From assembly GCA_964623955.1 (NCBI GenBank), contig CAZUVO010000005.1:1-43330 (forward strand): a DNA stretch of 43,330 nucleotides, in the 5' to 3' direction. The translations under genes were made by a program, and so were the position numbers. The notes under the pieces are model-generated. The model was not told the origin of the DNA, searched no databases, and saw nothing but the letters and a program-made list of their open reading frames with translations. Positions 26,524 to 34,651 of the stretch are shown here, piece after piece. Position 1 is the stretch's first letter; each line of letters begins with the position of its first letter. This stretch comes from an uncultured Rhizobiaceae bacterium (GTDB lineage Bacteria > Pseudomonadota > Alphaproteobacteria > UBA828).

Positions 26524-27816
26524 TTGTCTTCAGACAGGAAATCGGACGACGCCCGGGCGGCGGCGCGGGACGCGCTGCGCGGCGCCATCGAACGGGGCTG
26601 GCGGCTCGAGAAGGAAAAGTTGGCCGCGGCGCGCGGCAAGCGGTTCAAGCTGCATGAGCCGACCTTCGGGGTCGATGAAATACTCGCCGCCGTCGATTGC
26701 ATGCTGACCTCCTACGTGACGATGGGAAAGCGCGTCGCGCAATTGGAGCGAATGTTCGCCGAGGTGATCGGCGTGCCGGAGGGCATCTCCTGCAATTCCG
26801 GCTCGTCGGCCAATTTGTTGGCGATCGGCGCCTTGGCGAACGGTCACACCAAGGACGGCTTGCGCCCGGGCGACGAGGTCATCGTGCCGGCGCTGGCCTG
26901 GTCGACGACGATCTGGCCGCTGGTGCAGCACGGGCTCGTGCCGGTCATCGTCGATATCGATCCGCTGACCTTGAACATCGATCCGAACGAGGCGGCGCGG
27001 GCGGTGAGCGACAAGACCCGCGCGATTCTGCCGGTGCATGTCTATGGCAATCCGTGCGACATGGATGCGCTGCAAGCCCTATGCGACCGCCACGATTTGA
27101 TCCTCATCGAAGATGTCTGCGAGGCCATGGGCGGAAGTTATAAAGGCCGGGCGCTTGGCCAGTTCGGACGGGTGTCGACCTTCAGCTTCTATTTCTCCCA
27201 TCACATCACCACCTTCGAAGGCGGCATGTGCCTGACCGGCGACGATGCGCTCGGCGATACGATGCGGATCCTGCGCTCCCATGGCTGGATTCGGGAGGCC
27301 AAGGACCAAGCGCGTTACACCGAACGCCATCCCGGCATCGATCCGCGCTTTCTCTTCGTCAATACCGGTTACAATTTGCGTTTGACGGAAGTCCAGGCGG
27401 CGGTCGGCCTCGAGCAGGTGCCGAAGCTGGACGGATTTCTGGCGCAGCGGCGGGAGGCCGCCGCCCTCTGGGAAGGCGTCTTCGCCGCCCATTGCGAGAC
27501 CCTGCAAACCCAGCGCGAGACGCCGGGCGGCGGCCATGCCTGGTTCGGCTTCCCGGTGACGGTCAAGCCCGGCGCGCCCTATTCCTGCGCGGCGGTCAGA
27601 AAGCATTTGGATGATTCCGGGGTCGAGACCCGGCCGATCATATGCGGCAATATCGCGCTACAGCCGGGCCTGCATGATTACGATTTTCGCACGGTGGGCG
27701 ATCTGGCCGCCGCCACCAACGTCATGCAAAACAGCTTTTCGATCGGCAATCATCATGCGGTCGGCGGCGAAGATGTGGACTGGGTGCGCGATCTGCTCAA
27801 TACCCTGCCGCACTGA
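26524..27816 (+). CDS. PLP-dependent nucleotide-sugar 3-dehydratase of the DegT/DnrJ/EryC1 superfamily (ColD/RfbH-E1 type)
   Basis: 'GKRVAQLERMFAEVIGVPEGISCNSGSSANLLAI', 'ILPVHVYGNPCDMD'. The active-site segment 'STFSFYFSHHITTFEGG' has His (codon 27199-27201) where aminotransferases carry the Schiff-base Lys. TTG start, uncertain. Confidence 0.75.
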   Translation: MSSDRKSDDARAAARDALRGAIERGWRLEKEKLAAARGKRFKLHEPTFGVDEILAAVDCMLTSYVTMGKRVAQLERMFAEVIGVPEGISCNSGSSANLLAIGALANGHTKDGLRPGDEVIVPALAWSTTIWPLVQHGLVPVIVDIDPLTLNIDPNEAARAVSDKTRAILPVHVYGNPCDMDALQALCDRHDLILIEDVCEAMGGSYKGRALGQFGRVSTFSFYFSHHITTFEGGMCLTGDDALGDTMRILRSHGWIREAKDQARYTERHPGIDPRFLFVNTGYNLRLTEVQAAVGLEQVPKLDGFLAQRREAAALWEGVFAAHCETLQTQRETPGGGHAWFGFPVTVKPGAPYSCAAVRKHLDDSGVETRPIICGNIALQPGLHDYDFRTVGDLAAATNVMQNSFSIGNHHAVGGEDVDWVRDLLNTLPH

Positions 27817-27845
27817 TCCGGGGCCGTGGACTCCGCGCCGACCGC

Positions 27846-28562
27846 TTATTCAAGAACGAATTTCTGGGCCGCTTGGTAATCTTCCGGCACGCCGATATCG
27901 AGGAATCGTCCGTCTTGGCGATGGCCATAAAGGCCCTTGCCGATCAGGGAGGGGAAAATTTCAGTTTCAAGGGAAAGCGGGCGATGAGGCGGAAATCCGT
28001 CGAGCAGGTTTCGGCGAAGCAAATATACGCCGGCATTGATCCAATCGCTCGACCGGCTGCCTTTTTCGTCGAACCTGGTGACCCGGCCGGCATCGTCCGT
28101 CGTGACGCCGCCATAGCGCTCGGCCTCGGGAAACGGCGCCAGGGCGAGACAGGCGCGGAGGTCTTTTTTGCCGGCGCTCCAATCGAGAAAGGCCGGCAAA
28201 TCAAGATCGAACAAAGTATCGCCGTTCATCGCCAAGGCGAATTCGGAATGCCACTGGGCGGCGCTGAGGGCAAGCGCGCCGGCGGTGCCGAGCGATCGGT
28301 CCTCGCGCGAATAACCGATCGCGATCTCTTCGAACTCGCCGCCGATGGTTTGCCGGATCTCCTCTGCGCCATGGCCGGTGCAACAGATCGCCCGGCGAAT
28401 GCCCGCTTTGTTCAACCGGGCGAGCAAATGATGCAGAAACGGCCGGCCGGCGACCGGCACGATCGCCTTCGGCGTATCGCCCGTCGCCGCGCGCAAGCGG
28501 GTGCCGAGCCCGCCGGCGAGAATGACGGCGGGCAGCTCGGATGGAGGCGGTAATCTCGTCAT
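27846..28562 (-). CDS. hddC: Sugar-1-phosphate nucleotidylyltransferase (D-glycero-D-manno-heptose-1-P guanylyltransferase-like)
   Basis: ATG at 28562 within ORF 27846..28718. 'AVILAGGLGTRLRAATGDTPKAIVPVAGRPFLHHLL', 'LGTAGAL'. The symbol rests on context (an HddA-like kinase in the same module). Confidence 0.65.
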   Translation of the reverse strand: MTRLPPPSELPAVILAGGLGTRLRAATGDTPKAIVPVAGRPFLHHLLARLNKAGIRRAICCTGHGAEEIRQTIGGEFEEIAIGYSREDRSLGTAGALALSAAQWHSEFALAMNGDTLFDLDLPAFLDWSAGKKDLRACLALAPFPEAERYGGVTTDDAGRVTRFDEKGSRSSDWINAGVYLLRRNLLDGFPPHRPLSLETEIFPSLIGKGLYGHRQDGRFLDIGVPEDYQAAQKFVLE

Positions 28563-28686
28563 TTGGTATCTCGCGGTATCTCGCGGTTGGGGGCGGCGGG
28601 CCGGCAGGGCGGGGCAGGCGAAAAAATCGCCGGCCGGACTTGGTAAGCTTAGCGTTCGTCCGCGAAAAAGGGTATATGCAGGGACC
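28563..28686. promoter_or_regulatory. Divergent intergenic control region between the hddC-like (-) and Gmd-family (+) genes
   Basis: This is one of only two divergent intergenic junctions in the window (the other is 39722-40129). It contains a tandem decamer and a G-tract block (see findings). No confident -35/-10 assignment. Confidence 0.5.
28565..28587. repeat. Tandem direct repeat GGTATCTCGC x2.3
   Basis: GGTATCTCGC at 28565-28574 and 28575-28584, followed by GGT. Lies immediately 5' of the hddC-like start codon on the - strand. Confidence 0.9.
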
Positions 28687-29649
28687 ATGAAGATACTGAT
28701 TACCGGCGTCACCGGCATGGTTGGAAGCCACCTCGCCGACTATGTTCTCGCCAATCACCCCGATGTCGAAATCCACGCCTCGGTTCGCTGGCGCAGCCCG
28801 CGCGACAATATCGGCGATATCCTGGATCAGATTCATTTACACGCCGCCGATTTGCACGATCTCGGTTCGCTGATCCGGCTCATGCGGGATTTGCAGCCCG
28901 CCCGCATCTTCCATTTGGCGGCGCAATCCTATGTCGTCGACAGCTTCTCCCTGCCCGCCGATACGATCCATATCAACACCATCGGCACGACCAATTTGCT
29001 CGAGGCGGTGCGCCTGTCGGAAGTGGATCCCTTGATCCACATCTGTTCATCCTCCGAGGTGTACGGCCAGGTGCGCGAGGACGAAGTGCCGATCCGGGAG
29101 GACAATCCCTTCCGCCCGGCGAGCCCCTACGCGGTATCGAAGGTCGGCGAGGATATGATCGCGCTGCAATATTTTCTGTCCTACGGTATCCGCACGATCC
29201 GCACGCGCATGTTCACCCATACCGGGCCGCGCCGCGGCGATGTGTTCGCGGAAAGCGCCTTCGCCCGGCAGATCGCCAGGATCGAGGCGGGGTTGACCGA
29301 GGACAATGTCGTGCGGGTGGGAAATCTCGACAGCATCCGGACCTTTGCCGATGTGCGCGATGCGGTGCGCGCCTATTGGCTGTTGCTGGAAAAATGCGAA
29401 CCCGGCGAGGTCTACAATATCGGCGGCGACCGGACGGCAACCATCGGCGAGATGTTGGAAATCCTGAAATCGCGGGCGAATTGCGAGATCCGTCATGAAG
29501 TGTCGGAGGATTTGCTCCGGCCGTCGGACGTGACCCTGCAGATTCCCGATACCGGCAAATTCCGCGGCGCGACCGGCTGGCAATCCGAAGTGCCGCTCGA
29601 GCAAACCATGGAAGATTTGTTGAACTACCACCGGGCCAGGCTCGCCTGA
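28687..29649 (+). CDS. GDP-mannose 4,6-dehydratase-family SDR (Gmd/Rmd/heptose 4,6-dehydratase-like)
   Basis: ATG 28687 within ORF 28501..29649. 'MKILITGVTGMVGSHLADYVL', 'IFHLAAQSYV', 'SSSEVYG', catalytic 'YAVSKVGEDM'. Confidence 0.75.
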   Translation: MKILITGVTGMVGSHLADYVLANHPDVEIHASVRWRSPRDNIGDILDQIHLHAADLHDLGSLIRLMRDLQPARIFHLAAQSYVVDSFSLPADTIHINTIGTTNLLEAVRLSEVDPLIHICSSSEVYGQVREDEVPIREDNPFRPASPYAVSKVGEDMIALQYFLSYGIRTIRTRMFTHTGPRRGDVFAESAFARQIARIEAGLTEDNVVRVGNLDSIRTFADVRDAVRAYWLLLEKCEPGEVYNIGGDRTATIGEMLEILKSRANCEIRHEVSEDLLRPSDVTLQIPDTGKFRGATGWQSEVPLEQTMEDLLNYHRARLA

Positions 29650-29663
29650 CACGGAACCGCTTC

Positions 29664-30683
29664 ATGACAGCAACAGAAGATTTTTTTCACGACAAAACCG
29701 TACTGGTCACCGGCGGCACCGGGCTGATCGGCCAGCCCCTGGTGAGTTTGCTGGTCGCGGCGGGCGCTAAGGTGAAGGTGGTGTCGCTCGACCCGCCGTC
29801 CCGCGCGCCTGAGGGCGCCGAATTCGTTCGCGCCGATCTCCGCGATCTGGCGGCCTGCGAAAAGGTCTGCGCCGGTAGCGATCTCGTGTTTCATCTCGCC
29901 GGCGTCAAGGGCTCTCCCGCGGTCACCGCGACGCGCCCGGCGACGTTTTTCGTCCCCACCCTCATGTTCAGCATCAATATGATGGAGGCCGCGCGCCGCG
30001 CCGGCGTCGCGCGCTATCTCTTCGCCAGCAGTGTCGGCGTCTATGCGCCGGCGGCGTTGTTTCGCGAGGACGATGTCTGGCAGACCTTCCCGTCCGACAA
30101 TGACAAATTCGCCGGCTGGGCCAAACGCATGGGCGAGCTGCAGGCCGAGGCCTATAGGATCGAATATGACTGGGACAAGATTTCCATCGTCCGCCCGGCC
30201 AATGTCTACGGGCCCTATGACAATTTCGACGATGAAAATGCGATGGTCATCCCGTCGCTCATCCGCCGCGCGCTATCCGGCGAAAATCCGATGGCGATCT
30301 GGGGCGACGGCTCGCCGATCCGGGATTTTATTTTTGCCGAGGATGTCGCCCGCGGCATGATGCTGATGATGGCCAAGGGCGTCTCCGAGCCGGTGAATTT
30401 GGGCAGCGGCCGGCCGGTTTCGATCCGCGAATTGGTGGAGGTCATTCTGGCTTGTCTCGACGATGCGCCCGACGTCGCCTGGGATGCCTCGAAACCGAGC
30501 GGCGATAAAGAGCGCCTGATGTGCATGGAACGGGCGGGCAGCTATGGCTTCGAGCCGCGGGTCTCGCTCGCCGACGGAATCGCCCGGACGATCGCCTGGT
30601 ACCGCCAACACAAAGCCGTGCCGGACAAGGGCTATAACGCCTTTACAGATCCGGCGCTGACCCCGGACCGCGCGGGATCGTGA
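29664..30683 (+). CDS. NAD-dependent epimerase/reductase, GDP-L-fucose-synthase-like (paralogue 1)
   Basis: 'VLVTGGTGLIGQPL', 'FASSVGVYAP', 'FAGWAKRMGELQ', 'IVRPANVYGPYDNFDDENAMVIPSLI' (cf. Fcl 'NLYGPxDNF...SHVIPAL'). Confidence 0.7.
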   Translation: MTATEDFFHDKTVLVTGGTGLIGQPLVSLLVAAGAKVKVVSLDPPSRAPEGAEFVRADLRDLAACEKVCAGSDLVFHLAGVKGSPAVTATRPATFFVPTLMFSINMMEAARRAGVARYLFASSVGVYAPAALFREDDVWQTFPSDNDKFAGWAKRMGELQAEAYRIEYDWDKISIVRPANVYGPYDNFDDENAMVIPSLIRRALSGENPMAIWGDGSPIRDFIFAEDVARGMMLMMAKGVSEPVNLGSGRPVSIRELVEVILACLDDAPDVAWDASKPSGDKERLMCMERAGSYGFEPRVSLADGIARTIAWYRQHKAVPDKGYNAFTDPALTPDRAGS

Positions 30684-31426
30684 GCCGGATGCAACGCGCA
30701 GCGATCGTCACCGGCGCGAGCCGCGGCATCGGCGCGGCGGTTGCAACGGTCTTGGCGGGCCAAGGCTATGCGGTCTGCGTCAACTATCTGCGCGACACGG
30801 AAGCCGCCGACCGGGTGGTCGCGGATATCGCCGGCGCCGGCGGCACCGCGCGGGCGGTCCAGGCGGATATCGCCGAACCGGACCAAATCGCCCGCCTGTT
30901 CCGGAGCGTGGACGAAATGGACGCGCCGCTCGGCGCGCTGGTGAACAATGCCGGGTTTAGCGGCGGGCGAAAGAAATTCACCGATCTCGGGGTCGAGGAT
31001 TTCAATGCGGCGCTCGGGGTGCATTTGATCGGCCCGGCCCTCTGCACCCAGGAAGCGGTCAAACGCATGGCGACGAGCCAAGGTGGAAACGGCGGCGCGA
31101 TCGTCAATGTGACATCGCAGGCGGCGGTGACCGGCGGCCGGCGGCTTCTGCCCTATGCGGCGGCGAAGGCGGGCCTCGCCGTCATGACCCTGGCCCTGGC
31201 GCATGAGCTCGCGGCCGAGGGTATTCGGGTCAACGGCGTCAGCCCGGGCGTGATCGAAACCGATTTGGCGTCCGCCGATCACGCGGACCGCGACGCAATC
31301 GAAAAAACCATCGCCCTCGGGCGCCTCGGCCAACCGCGGGAAGTCGCCGATACGGTGGCCTGGCTATTGTCCGACAAGGCGTCCTATGTGACCGGCATTA
31401 CCGTCCCGGTCACCGGCGGGCGTTGA
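30680..31426 (+). CDS. Classical SDR oxidoreductase (FabG-like ketoreductase)
   Basis: 'AAIVTGASRGIGAAVA', 'LVNNAG', 'NVTSQAA', 'YAAAKAGL', 'RVNGVSPGVIETD'. Confidence 0.8.
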   Translation: MSRMQRAAIVTGASRGIGAAVATVLAGQGYAVCVNYLRDTEAADRVVADIAGAGGTARAVQADIAEPDQIARLFRSVDEMDAPLGALVNNAGFSGGRKKFTDLGVEDFNAALGVHLIGPALCTQEAVKRMATSQGGNGGAIVNVTSQAAVTGGRRLLPYAAAKAGLAVMTLALAHELAAEGIRVNGVSPGVIETDLASADHADRDAIEKTIALGRLGQPREVADTVAWLLSDKASYVTGITVPVTGGR

Positions 31427-32406
31427 TTGAGGAGCGCGCGCAACCCGTGAGCGAACGCAAAACACTCATCATCTGCGGCGCGACCGGATTTATCGGGCGC
31501 AATCTGGTCGAGGCCTATGCCGGCGATCCGGCATTTCGCGTCATCGCCGTGTGGCATCTGGAGCCGCCCTTCGACATGGACGGCGTCGAATGGCGGCAAG
31601 CGGATTTGACGGATGCCGCGGATGTCGCGGATTGTCTCGCCGGCGTCGATATCGTCCTTCAGGCGGCGGCGACGACCTCCGGGTCCAAAGACATCGTTTC
31701 CCGGCCGCATATTCATGTCACCGACAATGCGGTGATGAATTCGCTGCTGCTGCGCGCTGTGCACGATCTGGGTGTGGCGCACTTCGTGTTTTTCAGTTGC
31801 ACGGTCATGTATCAAAGTTCCGAGACACCGCTCGGCGAATCCGATTTCGACGAATCGGTGCCGCTCCATCCCAATTATTTCGGCGTCGGCTGGACCAAGG
31901 TTTATGTCGAAAAGATGTGTGAGTTTTATTCCCGCCAGGGAGAGACGAAATTCACCATTATCCGCCATTCCAATATTTACGGGCCGCACGACAAGTTCGA
32001 CCTGGAAAAATCGCATGTCTTCGGCGCGACCATGACCAAGGTCTGCACCGCGTCGGACGGCAAGGTGAGCGTGTGGGGGACCGGCGAGGAATCGCGCGAC
32101 CTGCTCTATGTCGGCGATTTGGTGGATTTCGTGCGCCGCGCGGTCGCCGGTCAGGCCGTACAATACGGGCTATACAATTGCGGCGCCGGGCAGGCGGTGA
32201 CGATCCGCCGCCTCGTCGAAATGATCGTGGCCGCGGAAAATCCCGGCCTTGCCATCGAACATGACCTCTCCAAGCCGACCATCAAGACGTCTCTGTCGCT
32301 GGACTGTACCAAGGCAAGCGACGAGCTGGGCTGGCGGCCGCAAATATCGCTCGCCGAGGGGATTGGTGAAACCCTTCGCTGGTGGCATGCTCACATTGGA
32401 ACCTAA
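31423..32406 (+). CDS. NAD-dependent epimerase/reductase, GDP-L-fucose-synthase-like (paralogue 2)
   Basis: 'LIICGATGFIGRNL', 'FFSCTVMY', 'GWTKVYVEKM', 'IIRHSNIYGPHDKFDLEKSHVFGA'. TTG 31423 or GTG 31447 start. Confidence 0.7.
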   Translation: MIEERAQPVSERKTLIICGATGFIGRNLVEAYAGDPAFRVIAVWHLEPPFDMDGVEWRQADLTDAADVADCLAGVDIVLQAAATTSGSKDIVSRPHIHVTDNAVMNSLLLRAVHDLGVAHFVFFSCTVMYQSSETPLGESDFDESVPLHPNYFGVGWTKVYVEKMCEFYSRQGETKFTIIRHSNIYGPHDKFDLEKSHVFGATMTKVCTASDGKVSVWGTGEESRDLLYVGDLVDFVRRAVAGQAVQYGLYNCGAGQAVTIRRLVEMIVAAENPGLAIEHDLSKPTIKTSLSLDCTKASDELGWRPQISLAEGIGETLRWWHAHIGT

Positions 32407-32468
32407 CGGCGCGCTATGTTGTTATCCCTGGCGCGGCGGAATCTTTTCTCAGTGAATTCAGGTAGCGA

Positions 32469-33572
32469 ATGAGCTTCGACGCAGTTCTCACGACAACGAT
32501 CCATGTCCCGACTTTTTTCGAAGGCGTTTGTGCGAACGCTCGCGACCATGGGCATGAAAATATCAGATTTTATGTCATCGGCGATCATAAGACGCCCGCC
32601 GGGGCCGGCGAGTTCTGTGCCTCGATGGAGAAGAAGTTCGGGCTTGAGTTTCAATATTACGACGTGCCCCAACAGGTCGCGGTCGTCGAGAAAATCCCCG
32701 GCGCCGAGCGAATCCTTCCCTACAATTGGGGCGGGCGCAAAATGCTCGCCAACATTCTCGCCTATCGCGACGGCGCCGAACGCCTGATCATGCTGGACGA
32801 CGATAATTTCATGACCGGCTCGGACTTTTTCGGCGGGTACGGCGCGGTGGGGCGCGAGAGCGAGTTGAATTTGGTGTCTTCGGAAAGCGGCTGGTTCAAT
32901 ATCTACCGTGGCGTGGTCGAGGAGAAAGCGCTGCCGATTTACCCGCGCGGCTATCCCTGGAGCAAGCGGTTCGGCGCGGACGAGGATTGGCGGATGAAGC
33001 CGGCGCGCGGCACCGTCGCCGCGCTCAACGGATTCGTTTTGGGAGACCCGGATATCGACGCCATCACCCGCTTGTTTTCGCCGATTCGGGTTCAGGCCAT
33101 GGCAGCGGAATTCGCCCCCGGATTTGCCCTCGCGCCCGGGACCTGGTCGTCCTGGAACAATCAGAACACGGCGCTCTCGCGCGCCGCCGCGCCGGCCTAT
33201 TTCACGCCGCCGGCGGCCGGGCGGAATTCCGATATATGGGCGGCCTTCGTCATCTGCAAACTCTCCGCCCATTTTGATGAACTGGTGGCATTCGGCGAGC
33301 CGCTGGTCGAGCAGGTGCGAAATCCACATAATCTGTGGCGCGACCTTGAGGACGAACTGCCCAACAACAAGGCCAACGAGTATTTTCTCGATATTCTACG
33401 CACGGCGGAACTGAGCGGCGAAGATTACCTGGCGGCTCTCGCTTCCCTGATCGAGCACGCTCTCGCCGGCACCGAGGCGGGCGGCAACATGCCCGACAAT
33501 GCGCGACGCGAGATCGCCGGATTTTTTGAGGAATACCAAATCTGGCACGGCATTATGGCCGCGCTCTCATGA
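32469..33572 (+). CDS. Reversibly-glycosylated-polypeptide / UDP-arabinopyranose-mutase-like (GT75-like) protein
   Basis: Collinear matches to plant RGP/UAM as I remember it: 'LIMLDDDNF' (cf. IFTIDDDCF), 'IYPRGYPWSKR' (cf. DFVRGYPFSLR), 'NGFVLGDPDIDAITRL' (cf. HGLWLNIPDYDAPTQL), 'RNSDIWAAFVICKL' (cf. RYDDMWAGWCVKVI). Confidence 0.55.
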   Translation: MSFDAVLTTTIHVPTFFEGVCANARDHGHENIRFYVIGDHKTPAGAGEFCASMEKKFGLEFQYYDVPQQVAVVEKIPGAERILPYNWGGRKMLANILAYRDGAERLIMLDDDNFMTGSDFFGGYGAVGRESELNLVSSESGWFNIYRGVVEEKALPIYPRGYPWSKRFGADEDWRMKPARGTVAALNGFVLGDPDIDAITRLFSPIRVQAMAAEFAPGFALAPGTWSSWNNQNTALSRAAAPAYFTPPAAGRNSDIWAAFVICKLSAHFDELVAFGEPLVEQVRNPHNLWRDLEDELPNNKANEYFLDILRTAELSGEDYLAALASLIEHALAGTEAGGNMPDNARREIAGFFEEYQIWHGIMAALS

Positions 33573-34561
33573 TCATCAGCCGGACCCCGTTTCGTATTTC
33601 CTTCTTCGGCGGCGGCACGGATTATCCGCAATGGTACCGCGAGCATGGCGGCTCGGTCATCAACACGACGATCAATAAATATTCCTTCATCACGGCCCGC
33701 CTGCTGCCGCCCTTCTTCGACTACCGCTACCGCATTCGTTATTACGAAACCGAGGAAATTTCCGCCGTCGAGGAAATCCGCCATCCCTCCGCGCGGGAAT
33801 GCCTCAAGCTCTGTGACTTTGGCGACGGCCTGGAGATCGTGCACCATGCCGACCTGCCGGCGCGCTCGGGCCTCGGCTCGAGCTCGACCTTCACGGTCGG
33901 ACTGCTGAACGCGCTGGCCGGTCTCGACAACCAGATGATGAGCAAGAAGGAGCTTGCGCTGCGCGCCATTCATGTCGAGCAGGATCTGATCGGCGAGGCG
34001 GTTGGGTCGCAGGATCAGACCGCCGCTGCGTTCGGCGGCTTCAACCGAATCGATTTTCGCGCCGAGCATGACATCACCGTGACGCCGATCTTGATGTCGC
34101 CCGAGCGCCGGCAGGAGCTGGAAGACCATCTGATGCTGATATTCACCGGTTTCGCCCGCAACGCGCCCGAAATTGCCGCAAATCAGATAAACGAGATGAA
34201 GAACAAGCAAACCGAGCACGCCGCGATCCAGACCTTGACCGAGGAGGCGTTCCGGCTGTTTGCCGCCGACGGCTGGAGCGTCGCGGAATTTGGCCGGCTG
34301 TTGCATGAGCAGTGGATGATCAAACGGGGAATCACCTCGCAAATCGCCAATGAATTCATCGACGAAATTTATCAGGCGGGGCGAAGCGCGGGTGCGATGG
34401 GCGGCAAACTGCTCGGCGCCGGCGGAGGCGGGTTCATGGCCTTCGTCGCCAAGCCCGAGGATCAGGCGAACATACGGCAGAAACTGGAAAAGCTGCTATA
34501 TGTGCCATTCCGCTTCGAAAGCTCGGGCAGCCAGATCGTTTACTATGCGAACCATGCGTGA
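33569..34561 (+). CDS. hddA: GHMP-family sugar kinase (D-glycero-D-manno-heptose-7-phosphate kinase-like)
   Basis: 'MIISRTPFRISFFGGGTDYPQWYREHGGSVINTTINKYSFI', GHMP motif 'DLPARSGLGSSSTFTVGLL', 'GGKLLGAGGGGFMAF'. Confidence 0.75.
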   Translation: MIISRTPFRISFFGGGTDYPQWYREHGGSVINTTINKYSFITARLLPPFFDYRYRIRYYETEEISAVEEIRHPSARECLKLCDFGDGLEIVHHADLPARSGLGSSSTFTVGLLNALAGLDNQMMSKKELALRAIHVEQDLIGEAVGSQDQTAAAFGGFNRIDFRAEHDITVTPILMSPERRQELEDHLMLIFTGFARNAPEIAANQINEMKNKQTEHAAIQTLTEEAFRLFAADGWSVAEFGRLLHEQWMIKRGITSQIANEFIDEIYQAGRSAGAMGGKLLGAGGGGFMAFVAKPEDQANIRQKLEKLLYVPFRFESSGSQIVYYANHA

Positions 34562-34651
34562 CGGGGATTGCCCGCGCGTGGCGCGAGCGGCGGATATGTT
34601 TTCTGTTCGAATCCCGGTTTGCCCGAACGCCGGGCCGTGCAATCTGAATCG

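Noticed and set aside
28546-28553. GGCGGTAA, a near match to the ops/JUMPStart core GGCGGTAG.
   Set aside because: One mismatch, it lies inside the hddC-like coding region on the opposite strand, and there is no surrounding JUMPStart context.
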